A DNA stretch of 64,000 bases from contig JBEKKX010000002.1 of the NCBI GenBank assembly GCA_050010515.1, positions 1 to 64,000 of the forward strand, given 5' to 3'. The stretch is from Candidatus Bathyarchaeia archaeon. Lineage in GTDB: Archaea > Thermoproteota > Bathyarchaeia > Bathyarchaeales > Bathycorpusculaceae. This document shows, in pieces, positions 16,031-26,502 of the stretch (its first letter is position 1; every line of letters begins with the position of its first letter). The position numbers and the translations under genes are program-made. Under the pieces are notes generated by a model. The model did not search any database and had not been told where the DNA came from. It saw nothing but the letters and a program-made list of their open reading frames with translations.

Positions 16031-16954
16031 CTGATTCAAAACGTAGATGTAGCGGTTATTGGTCACTTCTCAATCGACACAATTCTATTGCCCAGCAGAA
16101 CTGCCCCATTTGTTGTTTTAGGCGGCGCTGTAACCTACACGTCATTTGCTGCTAAACGTTTGGAAGCAACTGTTTCTGTAATCTCCAAAGTAGGCGGGAA
16201 TTTTCCAGAAGCTTACCTGTGGTGGCTAAGGCAAGAAGGCATCGACGTTTCAGGCGTAATTAAGCGTGCAGATGAGCCGACCACAGGCTTTGAGCTGGGT
16301 TACAATGCAGATTTGTCTGATAGAACCCTGAAATTGAAAAGTAAAGGAGCGCCAATAAACTTGGCTGACTTACCAGTTGATTTGCATGCTAAGGCAGTTC
16401 ATGTTGCGCCCATTGCCAACGAAGTATCATTCGAAGTAGTTGAGCATCTGAAGCATTGCGCTGATATACTGTCGCTTGACCCTCAGGGTTTACTTCGAAG
16501 CTTCGACGAAGCAGGAAACGTAACAGAAAACGCTTCGGTTGACAAACGAATATTTAGTTTAGTCAACATTTACAAGTCATCTTTAAATGAAATTTATGCG
16601 TTAACTGACCAGTCTGAGCTTAAACCTGCAATAAAAGCCATTCACGATTTCGGAGTTGAAACCGTCATCGTTACCATGGGCACTAAAGGCTCAGTGCTCT
16701 CAGTCGAGGGAGCACAATACAATATTGCAGCATGCCCTTCACAAGTTGTAGTTGACCCAACAGGCGCAGGAGACGTTTTCGTAGGCGGCTTCTTAACCGA
16801 GTACCTACGCCAAAAAGAATCAGTATGGTGTGCTTGCGTCGGTTCAGCTGCAGCTTCGCTGGTCGTCGAAGGAATTGGCCCAACTTATTTCGGCAAAAAA
16901 GAAGAAATTTATCAGAGAGCCAAGACTTTGTATGAAAAGGAACTTAAGCAATAG
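16031..16954 (+). CDS. PfkB family carbohydrate kinase (probable CTG start)
   Basis: DVAVIGHFSIDTI N-terminus, LDPQG, DPTGAGDVF. Confidence 0.88.
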   Translation: MIQNVDVAVIGHFSIDTILLPSRTAPFVVLGGAVTYTSFAAKRLEATVSVISKVGGNFPEAYLWWLRQEGIDVSGVIKRADEPTTGFELGYNADLSDRTLKLKSKGAPINLADLPVDLHAKAVHVAPIANEVSFEVVEHLKHCADILSLDPQGLLRSFDEAGNVTENASVDKRIFSLVNIYKSSLNEIYALTDQSELKPAIKAIHDFGVETVIVTMGTKGSVLSVEGAQYNIAACPSQVVVDPTGAGDVFVGGFLTEYLRQKESVWCACVGSAAASLVVEGIGPTYFGKKEEIYQRAKTLYEKELKQ

Positions 16955-16978
16955 TGTATATTTACGTAGTAAACTAAT

Positions 16979-17206
16979 ATGCATGAGGCTTTGACTGTGG
17001 GTCGCATAGAAAAAGGAGTTAAATGCAATGTGTCAGGCTGCGGCAGAGAAGCTGCCCGTTCAATATCAGTTGACAAAGTCAAGGCTGTTTTAAATGTTAG
17101 CAGCAAAGAAAAGCGCGCTTACATTTGCAAAGAGCATTATAAAGAATATAAGAAAAAGACGAAAAAAGATAAAACGCTTGATAAGTGGCGTTACGGTCAC
17201 CCATAA
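16979..17206 (+). CDS. Small Cys/His (Zn-binding) hypothetical protein
   Basis: CNVSGC...ICKEHYKEYKK. Confidence 0.7.
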   Translation: MHEALTVGRIEKGVKCNVSGCGREAARSISVDKVKAVLNVSSKEKRAYICKEHYKEYKKKTKKDKTLDKWRYGHP

Positions 17207-17218
17207 GAGTGAAATGCC

Positions 17219-19108
17219 ATGCGAATACTCCAGTTACACTCTAACTTTATAGTTTTCAAACCCATCCAAAAAGAAATCGCTATTGCTGAAGAAGCGGAGC
17301 AAAAAGAAAACCGCATAGAAGAAGTCGTAGTATTATTCATCGCCATAGAAGAAGGTGACAACGCAGCAGTAGCGCAGAAAGCCATCGACGACATCCGAGC
17401 CTTTCTAGGTAAACAGAAAACGAACCGCATCCTAATTTACCCCTTTGCACATTTGAGCAGCAACCTCAGCAACCCAAGCGAAGCCCTCAAAATTATAAAA
17501 GCCATGGAAGCCTACGCCAAAGAGAAAGAAATCGAAACCTACCGCGCTCCATTTGGCTGGAACAAGCAATTCACCATCTCAATTAAAGGTTACCCGCTTG
17601 CTGAGCAGGCACGCTCTTATGCACCTGCGATAGAAGCTAAGGCTGAAGGTGGAGCGAAAAAAGAAGAAGAGCCTGTTTCTGCAGCACTAAAAGCCGAGGA
17701 CAAGATGCAGTCTTTCTGGCACATTATCCTGCCCGATGGCTCATTGGTGCCGATTGAAGAATTCAAATTCAAAGGGCATGTTAACCTGCAAAAGTTCTCC
17801 CAGTATGAAATTAAGAAGGCTAGGGCAGTCACTCAGATGCCGCCTCATGTCACGTTGATGAAGAGGCTGGAAATCGCAGATTATGAAGCAGGCAGTGATC
17901 CAGGCAATATTCGCTGGTACCCGAAGGGTCGCTTGATAAAATCGTTGCTTGAACAGTATGTCAATCTTCGCATGAACCAGTACGGCGCAATGGAAGTTGA
18001 AACCCCAATCATGTATGACTTTAACCACCCAAGCCTCAAAAGTTACTTAAACCGTTTCCCAGCACGCCAATACGTATTAAAATCCGAGGACAAAGAGCTT
18101 TTCTTGCGGTTTGCCGCATGCTTTGGGCAGTTTCTTATGGCTCATGATGCCCAGTTTAGCTACAAACAGATGCCTATCAAACTATACGAGTTAACACGTT
18201 ACAGTTTTAGGCGTGAAAAAAGCGGTGAAGTCGTCGGCTTAAAACGTCTGCGAGCTTTTACGATGCCTGATTGCCACGCTTTCTGCACTGACCTTGAGCA
18301 GGCGAAGAAGGAGTTCTTGACGCGGTTTAACATGAGCATGGAAGTGTTAAGCAACATAGGCTTAACAAAAGAAGATTATGAAGTAGCGATGCGCTTCACC
18401 AAGGGCTTCTACGATGAGCATAAGGAGTTCATTGCTGAATTAGCGAAAAAATTTGACAAGCCTATGCTGGCCGAAGTGTGGAACGAGCGGTTCTTCTACT
18501 TCATCCTCAAATGGGACATCAACTTCGTTGACAACCAAGACAAAGCCGCAGCACTCAGCACAGACCAAATCGACGTGGAAAACGCTAAACGCTATGAAAT
18601 AACCTACGTTGACGAGAAAGGAGAAAAACAGTACCCGCTGATTCTGCACTGTTCCCCAAGCGGCGCCATCGAACGAGACATCTACGCGTTACTTGAGAAG
18701 GCTTACCGTGAGCAGATGGCTGGTAGGGCGCCGATGCTTCCGCTTTGGCTTTCGCCAACTCAGGTGCGGCTTATTCCAATATCTGACAAGTTTATGGATC
18801 TGGTGGAAGAGCTTGCAGGGCAAATTGCTTCCCACTGCATACGCGTCGATATCGATGATAGTGCATCGACATTGCAGAAGAAAATCCGTGAAGCCGAGCA
18901 GGAATGGGTACCATACATTATCGTTGTCGGCGAAAAAGAAGTTGAGTCAAAAACCCTCTCTGTCCGAGACCGGGAGCTTAAGGGTCAACAGCACAAAATG
19001 ACCACTGACCAGTTAATAGCGAAAGTGTCTGAGAAAATCGCTGGCAAACCCTTCAAGCCTTTGCCGTTGCCGCTTTACCTTTCCAAGAGACCTCAGTTCC
19101 ACGGTTGA
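17219..19108 (+). CDS. thrS: Threonyl-tRNA synthetase, archaeal type with editing domain
   Basis: MRILQLHS, YPFAHLS, RFAACFG, RLRAFTMPDCH, LHCSPSGAIER. Confidence 0.96.
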   Translation: MRILQLHSNFIVFKPIQKEIAIAEEAEQKENRIEEVVVLFIAIEEGDNAAVAQKAIDDIRAFLGKQKTNRILIYPFAHLSSNLSNPSEALKIIKAMEAYAKEKEIETYRAPFGWNKQFTISIKGYPLAEQARSYAPAIEAKAEGGAKKEEEPVSAALKAEDKMQSFWHIILPDGSLVPIEEFKFKGHVNLQKFSQYEIKKARAVTQMPPHVTLMKRLEIADYEAGSDPGNIRWYPKGRLIKSLLEQYVNLRMNQYGAMEVETPIMYDFNHPSLKSYLNRFPARQYVLKSEDKELFLRFAACFGQFLMAHDAQFSYKQMPIKLYELTRYSFRREKSGEVVGLKRLRAFTMPDCHAFCTDLEQAKKEFLTRFNMSMEVLSNIGLTKEDYEVAMRFTKGFYDEHKEFIAELAKKFDKPMLAEVWNERFFYFILKWDINFVDNQDKAAALSTDQIDVENAKRYEITYVDEKGEKQYPLILHCSPSGAIERDIYALLEKAYREQMAGRAPMLPLWLSPTQVRLIPISDKFMDLVEELAGQIASHCIRVDIDDSASTLQKKIREAEQEWVPYIIVVGEKEVESKTLSVRDRELKGQQHKMTTDQLIAKVSEKIAGKPFKPLPLPLYLSKRPQFHG

Positions 19109-19191
19109 TAAACGAATTATACGTATCATTGGCGTAAACTATATCAAATAATCGAATAATATGAAACAGTTAGTGACGAAGTGAGAACAGT

Positions 19192-20076
19192 ATGAGCAGT
19201 GAATTGGTAGTTTACGTTGACGGTGTATATTATCCTAAATCGCAGGCTAAAATATCCGTGTTTGACCATGGGCTCCTCTACGGTGACGGCGTTTTTGAGG
19301 GAATCCGCGAGTACAACCGCGTTGTCTTTAAACTTAAAGAGCACATTGACCGCCTGTACCGTTCAGCACTTGTGATAACGTTGAAAATTCCCTTAACCAA
19401 AGAGGAAATGACTAGTGCCGTCGTTGAAACCCTGCGGAGAAACAAGTTGAAGGACTCATACATTCGTTTGGTGGTTACACGGGGTGTAGGCGACCTTGGA
19501 TTAGATCCACGTAAATGCCCCAAAGCCTCAGTAATAATCATAACTGACAAAATCGTGCTGCATGCAGACGGAGCGAAAGAGAACGGAGTTACCACGATGT
19601 TCTCTTGGGTGAGACGAAACCCCGTGGACGCAACCACACAAGAAATAAAATCACTCAACTACCTCAACAGCGTCCTTGCAAAAATTGAAGCAAACGCAAA
19701 CGGCGTGGACGAAGCCATCTGCCTTGAAAGCAACGGTTACGTAGCTGAAGGCGTAGGCGAAAACGTTTTCATCGTGAAAAACGGCGAATTATTAACCCCG
19801 CCCCCTTCAACAGGTGCCCTTGCAGGTATCACCGCTGAAGTCACAGAGAAACTTGCCGCTAAACTGGGCATAAAACTAACAGTGACCAATCTTACGCCGT
19901 TTATGGTGTTCACCGCTGACGAAGCTTTCTTCACTGGAACCGCCATGGAAATGGTGCCCATATGCGAAGTTAACAAGCGCCAAATCGGCACAGGCAAACC
20001 CGGACCAATCACAAAGAAGTTGATGGCTGAATTCCAAAAAGTAATCGAAGACCCAGCACAGGGCACAAAAATTTAA
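19192..20076 (+). CDS. ilvE: Branched-chain amino acid aminotransferase
   Basis: DHGLLYGDGVFEGIR, KSLNYLN, EAFFTGTA. Confidence 0.95.
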   Translation: MSSELVVYVDGVYYPKSQAKISVFDHGLLYGDGVFEGIREYNRVVFKLKEHIDRLYRSALVITLKIPLTKEEMTSAVVETLRRNKLKDSYIRLVVTRGVGDLGLDPRKCPKASVIIITDKIVLHADGAKENGVTTMFSWVRRNPVDATTQEIKSLNYLNSVLAKIEANANGVDEAICLESNGYVAEGVGENVFIVKNGELLTPPPSTGALAGITAEVTEKLAAKLGIKLTVTNLTPFMVFTADEAFFTGTAMEMVPICEVNKRQIGTGKPGPITKKLMAEFQKVIEDPAQGTKI

Positions 20077-20288
20077 TTTTTCCATTTTTTACTTCCTTCT
20101 ATTGTAGCAAGCTGCTTTTAGCTGGGAGTTTGATTAGCTGACATAACTCCTGTAGGCTCGCCGTGGTGAGTAACGGGAGAGGGTAGCAATTTAGCTAGTG
20201 GATTTCCCTATCTAAATTGGAGTAGGAGGGAGGGGGCTACTTTTTAGATGTTGAGAATAGGTCAAAAAAGCTATTGGCAAGCATGATG

Positions 20289-21503
20289 TTATGGTTTTTT
20301 GCTTTTGCTTTTTTTCATGAAAGCTTCTAGGGCGTTGTAAGCTGCATTCAACTCTTCTATCGGCGGCAGGAAAACTATTCTCGCGTGTCCTTTGCCGTAA
20401 ACTGGGTCGAAGCCTGAGCCGTTAACGATGAGTACGCCGGTTTCTTTGAGCAGGTTGACGACGAAGTCCATGTCGGTTTTCCATCGGGTGCCGATGTCGC
20501 GGATTTTTGGGAATATGTAGAATGCACCTTCAGGCTTGGTAGTGCTTATTCCTTCAATTTCGTTTAGTCGTTTCCACGAGAAGTCTCGTCTCTGCCTAAG
20601 ACGATCAACGATATCCTTCACCATTTCCTGAGGTCCATTGAGCGCGGCTGTTGCCGCTATTTGCACGGGCGTGTTGGCACAAATGCGTATGCGGCATTCC
20701 TTCTCAACTCCCTCCTTAAGGGCTTCGAGTTGTTTGCCTTTGCCTTTAAAGTACATGTAGCCCAAGCGTAAGCCAGTCATTTGGTAAACTTTGGAGAAGC
20801 CGTTTAACCCAACAATTGGCACATCCTTAGAGAGGTACGCTGCACTGACGAATTCTTTCTCGTAAGTTAATTGGTCGTAAATTTCATCAGTCAGCACCGG
20901 CAGGTCATGTTCTCCTGCGATGTCAAGAATCTCTTTAATCGTTTTTCCATCGTAAACTGAACCTGTCGGATTGTTAGGGTTAATGATTACAATGGCACGT
21001 GTTTTCTTGGTTATTTTGCTTCTTAAGTCATCGATGTTTGGATGCCAACCTTCGTCTTCTATAGTTTCATATGCAACAGGTGTGCCATCAAAAAACCTTG
21101 TGTAGGAAATGTATGGCGGGTAGGTTGGGCCTGGAAAGAGAACTTCATCGCCTTTTTCAACTAGGGCGCCAAGAATCATCTGTATTCCTTCAGAAATACC
21201 CTCAGTTATCAGCACGTTATCTGCTGTGATGTCGACGTTGTTGACTTTTTTCTCTTTTCTAACGATTGCTTCTCTGAGGTCCAATCTGCCTTCTGAAGGT
21301 GAATAGTAATTATCATCCTTTTGTACTGCCGTACATAAGGCATCTTTAACGTTTTGCGGGGTCTTAAAATCAAAAGCTGCAGGGTCGCCGATGTTAAGGT
21401 AATAAATTTTTTTACCGTCCTTGATTAACTGTTTAGTGTGTACTATGACGTCTCGTATGGCATACTCAATGTTTGATGCTCTGCTGGTTACTTTGATGCC
21501 CAA
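20289..21503 (-). CDS. Class I/II PLP aminotransferase (alanine aminotransferase-like)
   Basis: LNIGDP, INPNNPTG, DEIYD, NGFSKVY..TGLRLGY. Confidence 0.92.
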   Translation of the reverse strand: MGIKVTSRASNIEYAIRDVIVHTKQLIKDGKKIYYLNIGDPAAFDFKTPQNVKDALCTAVQKDDNYYSPSEGRLDLREAIVRKEKKVNNVDITADNVLITEGISEGIQMILGALVEKGDEVLFPGPTYPPYISYTRFFDGTPVAYETIEDEGWHPNIDDLRSKITKKTRAIVIINPNNPTGSVYDGKTIKEILDIAGEHDLPVLTDEIYDQLTYEKEFVSAAYLSKDVPIVGLNGFSKVYQMTGLRLGYMYFKGKGKQLEALKEGVEKECRIRICANTPVQIAATAALNGPQEMVKDIVDRLRQRRDFSWKRLNEIEGISTTKPEGAFYIFPKIRDIGTRWKTDMDFVVNLLKETGVLIVNGSGFDPVYGKGHARIVFLPPIEELNAAYNALEAFMKKSKSKKP

Positions 21504-21675
21504 GTTATGTTACCCGTAACCAAACACTTGCTAACCAAAAAAATAAATCTTCCTAAGATTAAACAACATGAATAGGCTTGGCTTGTATTTGCGAATGGAA
21601 TATTGCAAGTGTTGCTTCTCAGCATATTTTTATTTTCGATTCCCCTTTGAATACAAATGGGTTTTGGTGAACAAG

Positions 21676-23508
21676 ATGTTCGGCTGGACTGGTACTTTCC
21701 TAAATATAGATTTAACCAAACGTAAGGCTACTCCAGAAAGATATGATGAAGCTTTAGCGTTGAATTTTCTGGGCGGTAGAGGCTTCGCCGTCAAAATCCT
21801 CTGGGACACCCTTAAACAGGGAACCGACCCGCTATCACCTGAAAACAAACTAGTTTTTGCCACTGGACCACTAACAGCCATTGGTTTACCAAACAGCGGC
21901 AAACTTGTTGTTGCGTCAAAAAGCCCCTTAACCGGCGGTTACGGCGACGGAAACATGGGAACATTAGCGTCTGTGAATATGCGGAGGGCTGGTTACGATG
22001 CGCTAATCATCGAGGGCAAAGCGCAAACGCCAGTCATCCTCCATATTAAAGATAAAGACTGCGAGTTTGTGGATGCTAAGGATTTTTGGGGCTTGAATTC
22101 TTTTGAAACTCATGAGCAGCTGGTAAAGAAATATTCGCGCACGGCAGGCATCGTTTCTATTGGTCCAGCTGGAGAGAACCAAGTCAAGTTTGCAAATGTT
22201 GTTTCGCAAGAGGGACGCGCGGGCGGGCGACCGGGAATGGGCGCTGTCATGGGCTCCAAAAATCTAAAAGCCATAGTAATTGAAGGCACAGCGCAAATAC
22301 CGCTTGCAGACCCAGACGAAATGAAGAAGTTAGCTGCCGATGGTTACCGAGAAGTCCTAGCTAAACCGCTCTACGCCTTTTGGAAGCGGCAGGGAACCAT
22401 GTCAACAGTAGAATGGTCACAAGAGAACAGTGCTCTGCCCACCTTCAATTACAGGCAAGGAGTTTTCGATAAAGCTGAAGAAATTGGCGGATTTTCCATG
22501 GAAAAAATCAAGGTTTCAAACCGCGGCTGCCCACAGTGCAATATGACCTGCGGCAATGTTGTTAAAAACAGCGAAGGAAAAGATTCAGAGTTAGATTACG
22601 AAAACGTTGCTATGCTTGGCTCCAACATTGGTTTAGGCAATCTGGCGCAAGTGGCCACCTTGAACCGCATGGCAGACGAGCTTGGGTTTGACGCTATCGC
22701 TCTTGGGAACGTGCTTGGCTTTGCCATGGAAGCCTCCGAGAAAGGGCTGATAGCAGAGAAGATCAGGTGGGGGCAGTTTGAAGAGATTAAAGTGTTGATT
22801 AACAATATCGCTTACAGGCGTGGTTTGGGCGCAGTCTTAGCTGAAGGAGTCCGAGCCGCTTCTGCAACGGTTGGTAATGGGTCGAGCGAGTGGGCAATGC
22901 ATGTCAAGGGCTTGGAGGTTTCCGCTTATGATTGCCACGCTGCGCCCGGTATGGCTTTAGCCTATGGTACCAGCTCCATCGGTGCTCACCATAAAGATGC
23001 TTGGCTAATAACATGGGAAGTAAAAGCGGGCAGAGAAAAATACGATTCAGGAAAGGTTGATTATCTCATTGAAACCCAGCTTATCCGCGGCGGGCTCTTT
23101 GAAGCATTAACTGTCTGCCGTTTTCCCTACAACCAACTTGGCTTTGAGCTTGAATGGTACCAAAAATACTTGCGTGCAGCCACAGGAGTAGAATTTTCTT
23201 TAGAGCAGTTAAACCAAATCAGCGATAGAATACTCAATTTAGTTCGGGCATTTTGGGTGCGAGAGTACAGGGAAAAATGGACGCGCAGCTTGGATTTTCC
23301 GCCCATGAGGTGGTTTAAAGAACCCTTAGCAGAAGGCGCATTAAAAGGCTCTATGCTTGATTATGAAAAATACAACGGTATGCTGAGCACTTACTATGAG
23401 AAAAGAGGCTGGGATGAGCAAGGAATACCTAAGAAGTCTACTTTGGCACGGCTAGGTTTACATGATGCAGCTGAACAGCTCAAGGCATACGTTAAATTGG
23501 AGGAGTAG
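21676..23508 (+). CDS. Tungsten aldehyde:ferredoxin oxidoreductase (AOR/FOR family)
   Basis: FLGGRG, KSPLTG, GRPGMGAVMGSKNLKA, DELGFD, YYEKRGWD; start set at ATG 21676. Confidence 0.92.
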   Translation: MFGWTGTFLNIDLTKRKATPERYDEALALNFLGGRGFAVKILWDTLKQGTDPLSPENKLVFATGPLTAIGLPNSGKLVVASKSPLTGGYGDGNMGTLASVNMRRAGYDALIIEGKAQTPVILHIKDKDCEFVDAKDFWGLNSFETHEQLVKKYSRTAGIVSIGPAGENQVKFANVVSQEGRAGGRPGMGAVMGSKNLKAIVIEGTAQIPLADPDEMKKLAADGYREVLAKPLYAFWKRQGTMSTVEWSQENSALPTFNYRQGVFDKAEEIGGFSMEKIKVSNRGCPQCNMTCGNVVKNSEGKDSELDYENVAMLGSNIGLGNLAQVATLNRMADELGFDAIALGNVLGFAMEASEKGLIAEKIRWGQFEEIKVLINNIAYRRGLGAVLAEGVRAASATVGNGSSEWAMHVKGLEVSAYDCHAAPGMALAYGTSSIGAHHKDAWLITWEVKAGREKYDSGKVDYLIETQLIRGGLFEALTVCRFPYNQLGFELEWYQKYLRAATGVEFSLEQLNQISDRILNLVRAFWVREYREKWTRSLDFPPMRWFKEPLAEGALKGSMLDYEKYNGMLSTYYEKRGWDEQGIPKKSTLARLGLHDAAEQLKAYVKLEE

Positions 23509-23519
23509 CCAGCTTTCGA

Positions 23520-24962
23520 TTAGTATGCTCTTGCAAAATACACCATTTCTTTAGCTTTTTGCCCGCAGTAAACGCAGTTCGTCGTCGGTTCTTCTTTCTG
23601 GAAGGGTCGAACTCTGATGGTTGCGCCTGTTTCATCCTTAATCTTTGCTTCACAGTCAGCGCTGCCGCACCATGCTGCCTTGACAAAGCCTCCTTTGTCA
23701 CAGATGACTTTTTTGAATTCTTCATAGCTCTGAGCAGTGCAGGTTTTTTCTTCAAGTAGGGCTTTGGCTTTTGCAAACAGGTTATCCTGAATTTCCTGCA
23801 GAAGCTTCTCAACGGTAGCTGGAATGTCTTTTTCTTTAACTGCCGTTTTTTGGCCGGTATCACGCCTCACCATTACCACTTGCTCTTGCTTGAGGTCTCT
23901 TGGACCAATTTCTATTCTTATGGGGACGCCTTTGAGTTCCCACTGGTTAAACTTCCAGCCTGGAGTGTATCCTTCCCGGTCATCTAAAACAACGCTTACG
24001 CCTTTAGCCTTCAGCATTTCAGCGATTTCTTTTGCTTTAGCAGCTATTGCAGCAGGTTCTGCGCCCTTGTAAGGAATAGGAACAATGACAACTTGTGTAG
24101 GCGCCACTTTGGGAGGAATGACTAAGCCTTTGTCGTCACCGTGAACCATAACCATAGCGCCAATAATTCGCGTGGTCATGCCCCAGCTGGTTTGCCAAAC
24201 ATAATGGTCCTTCTCATCCTCACCGATGAATTTAACATCAAAGACTTTCCCGAAGTTCTGTCCAAGGTTGTGGCTGGTTCCCATCTGCAGCGCTTTACCA
24301 TCAGGCATTATAGCTTCTAATGCGGTGGTGTAGAGGGCTCCAGCGAATTTTTCGCTATCACTTTTTGTGCCCACAAGCACTGGAATTGCAAGGTAATTCT
24401 CCACTATGTCCTTGTACTCGTTTAGGGCGTACATGACTTCTGCTTCTGCTTCCTCACTTGTGGCGTGAGCTGTGTGGCCTTCTTGCCAAAGAAACTCTCT
24501 TGTGCGCAGAAATAGTCTGGTGGCTTTTGTTTCCCAACGCACAATGTTGCACCATTGATTAATCTTTAGGGGTAAGTCTCGCCAGCTGCGAATCCACTTG
24601 GCAAAGGTAGCGTACATTATGGTTTCGCTGGTCGGTCTAATGGCAAGCTTCTCTTCCAGCGGGGTGTCTCCGCCCTGAGTAATCCATGCCACTTCAGGCG
24701 TGAATCCAGCGAAATGCTCCGCTTCTTTCTTAAGGAAGCTTTCAGGGATAAACATGGGAAAATACACGTTTCGGTGTCCTGTGGCTTTGATTTTTTTGTT
24801 TAGGATTTCTTGGATTTTCTCCCATATAGCGTAAGCGTCTTCACGGATTATCATGCAGCCTTTTACAGGGGCGTAATCTGCAAGTCCAGCTTTCAAAACA
24901 ACTTCTACGTACCACTCGGAGAAGTCAACATTTTTCTTTACGGTTACTCCAGTATCAGACAT
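23520..24962 (-). CDS. proS: Prolyl-tRNA synthetase (archaeal/eukaryotic type)
   Basis: RPTSET, FLRTREFLWQEGH, GTSHNLGQNF, C-terminal ARAY. Confidence 0.96.
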   Translation of the reverse strand: MSDTGVTVKKNVDFSEWYVEVVLKAGLADYAPVKGCMIIREDAYAIWEKIQEILNKKIKATGHRNVYFPMFIPESFLKKEAEHFAGFTPEVAWITQGGDTPLEEKLAIRPTSETIMYATFAKWIRSWRDLPLKINQWCNIVRWETKATRLFLRTREFLWQEGHTAHATSEEAEAEVMYALNEYKDIVENYLAIPVLVGTKSDSEKFAGALYTTALEAIMPDGKALQMGTSHNLGQNFGKVFDVKFIGEDEKDHYVWQTSWGMTTRIIGAMVMVHGDDKGLVIPPKVAPTQVVIVPIPYKGAEPAAIAAKAKEIAEMLKAKGVSVVLDDREGYTPGWKFNQWELKGVPIRIEIGPRDLKQEQVVMVRRDTGQKTAVKEKDIPATVEKLLQEIQDNLFAKAKALLEEKTCTAQSYEEFKKVICDKGGFVKAAWCGSADCEAKIKDETGATIRVRPFQKEEPTTNCVYCGQKAKEMVYFARAY

Positions 24963-25118
24963 AACTTATTTCTCTTCTTTTCATTTCTATGCGTGCAGCA
25001 TATAAAACCGTAACGGGGATAATTGCTGAAAACAGCCGTCAATAAAGCAAGTAAAAACGGTTTTTAGCCTTCAATCTTCAATTTAAGGACTAATACCAAA
25101 GAAAAAGAAGAAAAAGCT

Positions 25119-25277
25119 TCACTTCAGTCTCCTGAAGAGCCCTTTTTTAGGGAAGTCTTTGCATTCGTAGATTCGCAGTTGCCTTTGAGGTTCGATGCGG
25201 CACCTCTTGCGCGCGTTCTTACGCTTTATTAGTGGGGCAAGTTGAAAGAAAGGGCATTTAGAGCAGAGAGTACTCAA
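25119..25277 (-). CDS. 52-aa basic four-Cys protein
   Basis: TTG start, MSTLCSKCPFF...C...ECKDF; lies between permease and a T-rich terminator. Confidence 0.45.
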   Translation of the reverse strand: MSTLCSKCPFFQLAPLIKRKNARKRCRIEPQRQLRIYECKDFPKKGLFRRLK

Positions 25278-25296
25278 GTTTTCTTACCAGCTTCTC

Positions 25297-26496
25297 CTAC
25301 CTTGTCATCATCCTTCTAAATAACGGAACCGCAATTGCAATCATGATTACACCGAACGCTATCAGGATTATCAGGTCCGTAGAGATGTCGGATACTCCTG
25401 CACCTAGCACCATGACTTTTCGCAGAGCATCAGCAGCATACGTTAACGGAAGGAATTTGGCTATGTCTTGCATGTACCAGGGCATCGACTGTATTGGGAA
25501 CATCACACCGCTGAGGAACATCATTGGAAACATTAACGTCATCATCATCATCTGCGCCGTCTCCTGATCCTTAGCGAAAGACGTCATCACGATGCCTAAG
25601 CCGACGAATGAGAATACGCCTAGTAGGAGCAAACCGACCACGAGCAGAAGGCTTCCGTGGATTGCGACGTCAAACAGTCCTACAGCCAATGCCATTATTA
25701 TGAAGCCTTGGAGTAAGCCACGAGCGGTCTGACCCAAAGCTTTTCCTAGGATGATGGATAACCGGTTGATCGGCGCGACCATCATGCCGTCCATGGTGCC
25801 GACTTCCTTCTCTTGAGATATTGCCACAGGAAGCCCAGTCATGACGCTCATCATAACTGTCAACATCATTATTCCAGGGGCAATGAAGTTGAAGTAGCTT
25901 GGGTTTCCGGGAACAACACCTTCCGACTTAACAACGTAAGGCTGAACGATAGCCAAAGAGTCATTCGCAGTTACAGCTGAAGATAGACGTTGAACTTTTT
26001 CCTGCGCAAGCAGCGTGTTCATCTCCCCAAATACCCCGGTCAAAGCCCCTTGCAACTCAGCTGATATTGTCGGGTTGGATTGGTCAGTAATGATAATCAG
26101 TGTTCCCTGTTCTCCGTTCATGATGCAGTCGGAGAAATTGCTGGGAATGATTATGCCGCCGTCAATCTTGCTATTTTGAATCTCGTTCTTGATGTCAGCC
26201 ATACTTGTAGCGTTGGAAAGCTTCAGCATGTGCGTTTGAGTGTTGATTTGCTGTAACCCCGTGAGGAAGGCTTGGCTTGGAAGTGTGATGTTGTTAAAGC
26301 CTGAATCTTGATTCACCACCCCGACAGGCATGTTGCTTATCGTGGTGTTGCCTGATGGATAGATAAAACCAATCATAGCCATCATGAACAAGGGCATAAG
26401 AATAAGCAGAACTACCCCCAAACGGTTCCTGAACAGCTCTGTTAGATCTTTCCAAGCGATACGCACAGAATGCGAAAATAGAGTTTTTGCGCCCAT
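25297..26496 (-). CDS. ABC-2 type exporter permease
   Basis: Multiple TM segments, EKEVGT, FLSGVMFP, PLTYAADALR. Confidence 0.9.
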   Translation of the reverse strand: MGAKTLFSHSVRIAWKDLTELFRNRLGVVLLILMPLFMMAMIGFIYPSGNTTISNMPVGVVNQDSGFNNITLPSQAFLTGLQQINTQTHMLKLSNATSMADIKNEIQNSKIDGGIIIPSNFSDCIMNGEQGTLIIITDQSNPTISAELQGALTGVFGEMNTLLAQEKVQRLSSAVTANDSLAIVQPYVVKSEGVVPGNPSYFNFIAPGIMMLTVMMSVMTGLPVAISQEKEVGTMDGMMVAPINRLSIILGKALGQTARGLLQGFIIMALAVGLFDVAIHGSLLLVVGLLLLGVFSFVGLGIVMTSFAKDQETAQMMMMTLMFPMMFLSGVMFPIQSMPWYMQDIAKFLPLTYAADALRKVMVLGAGVSDISTDLIILIAFGVIMIAIAVPLFRRMMTR

Positions 26497-26502
26497 TTTA
26501 TC

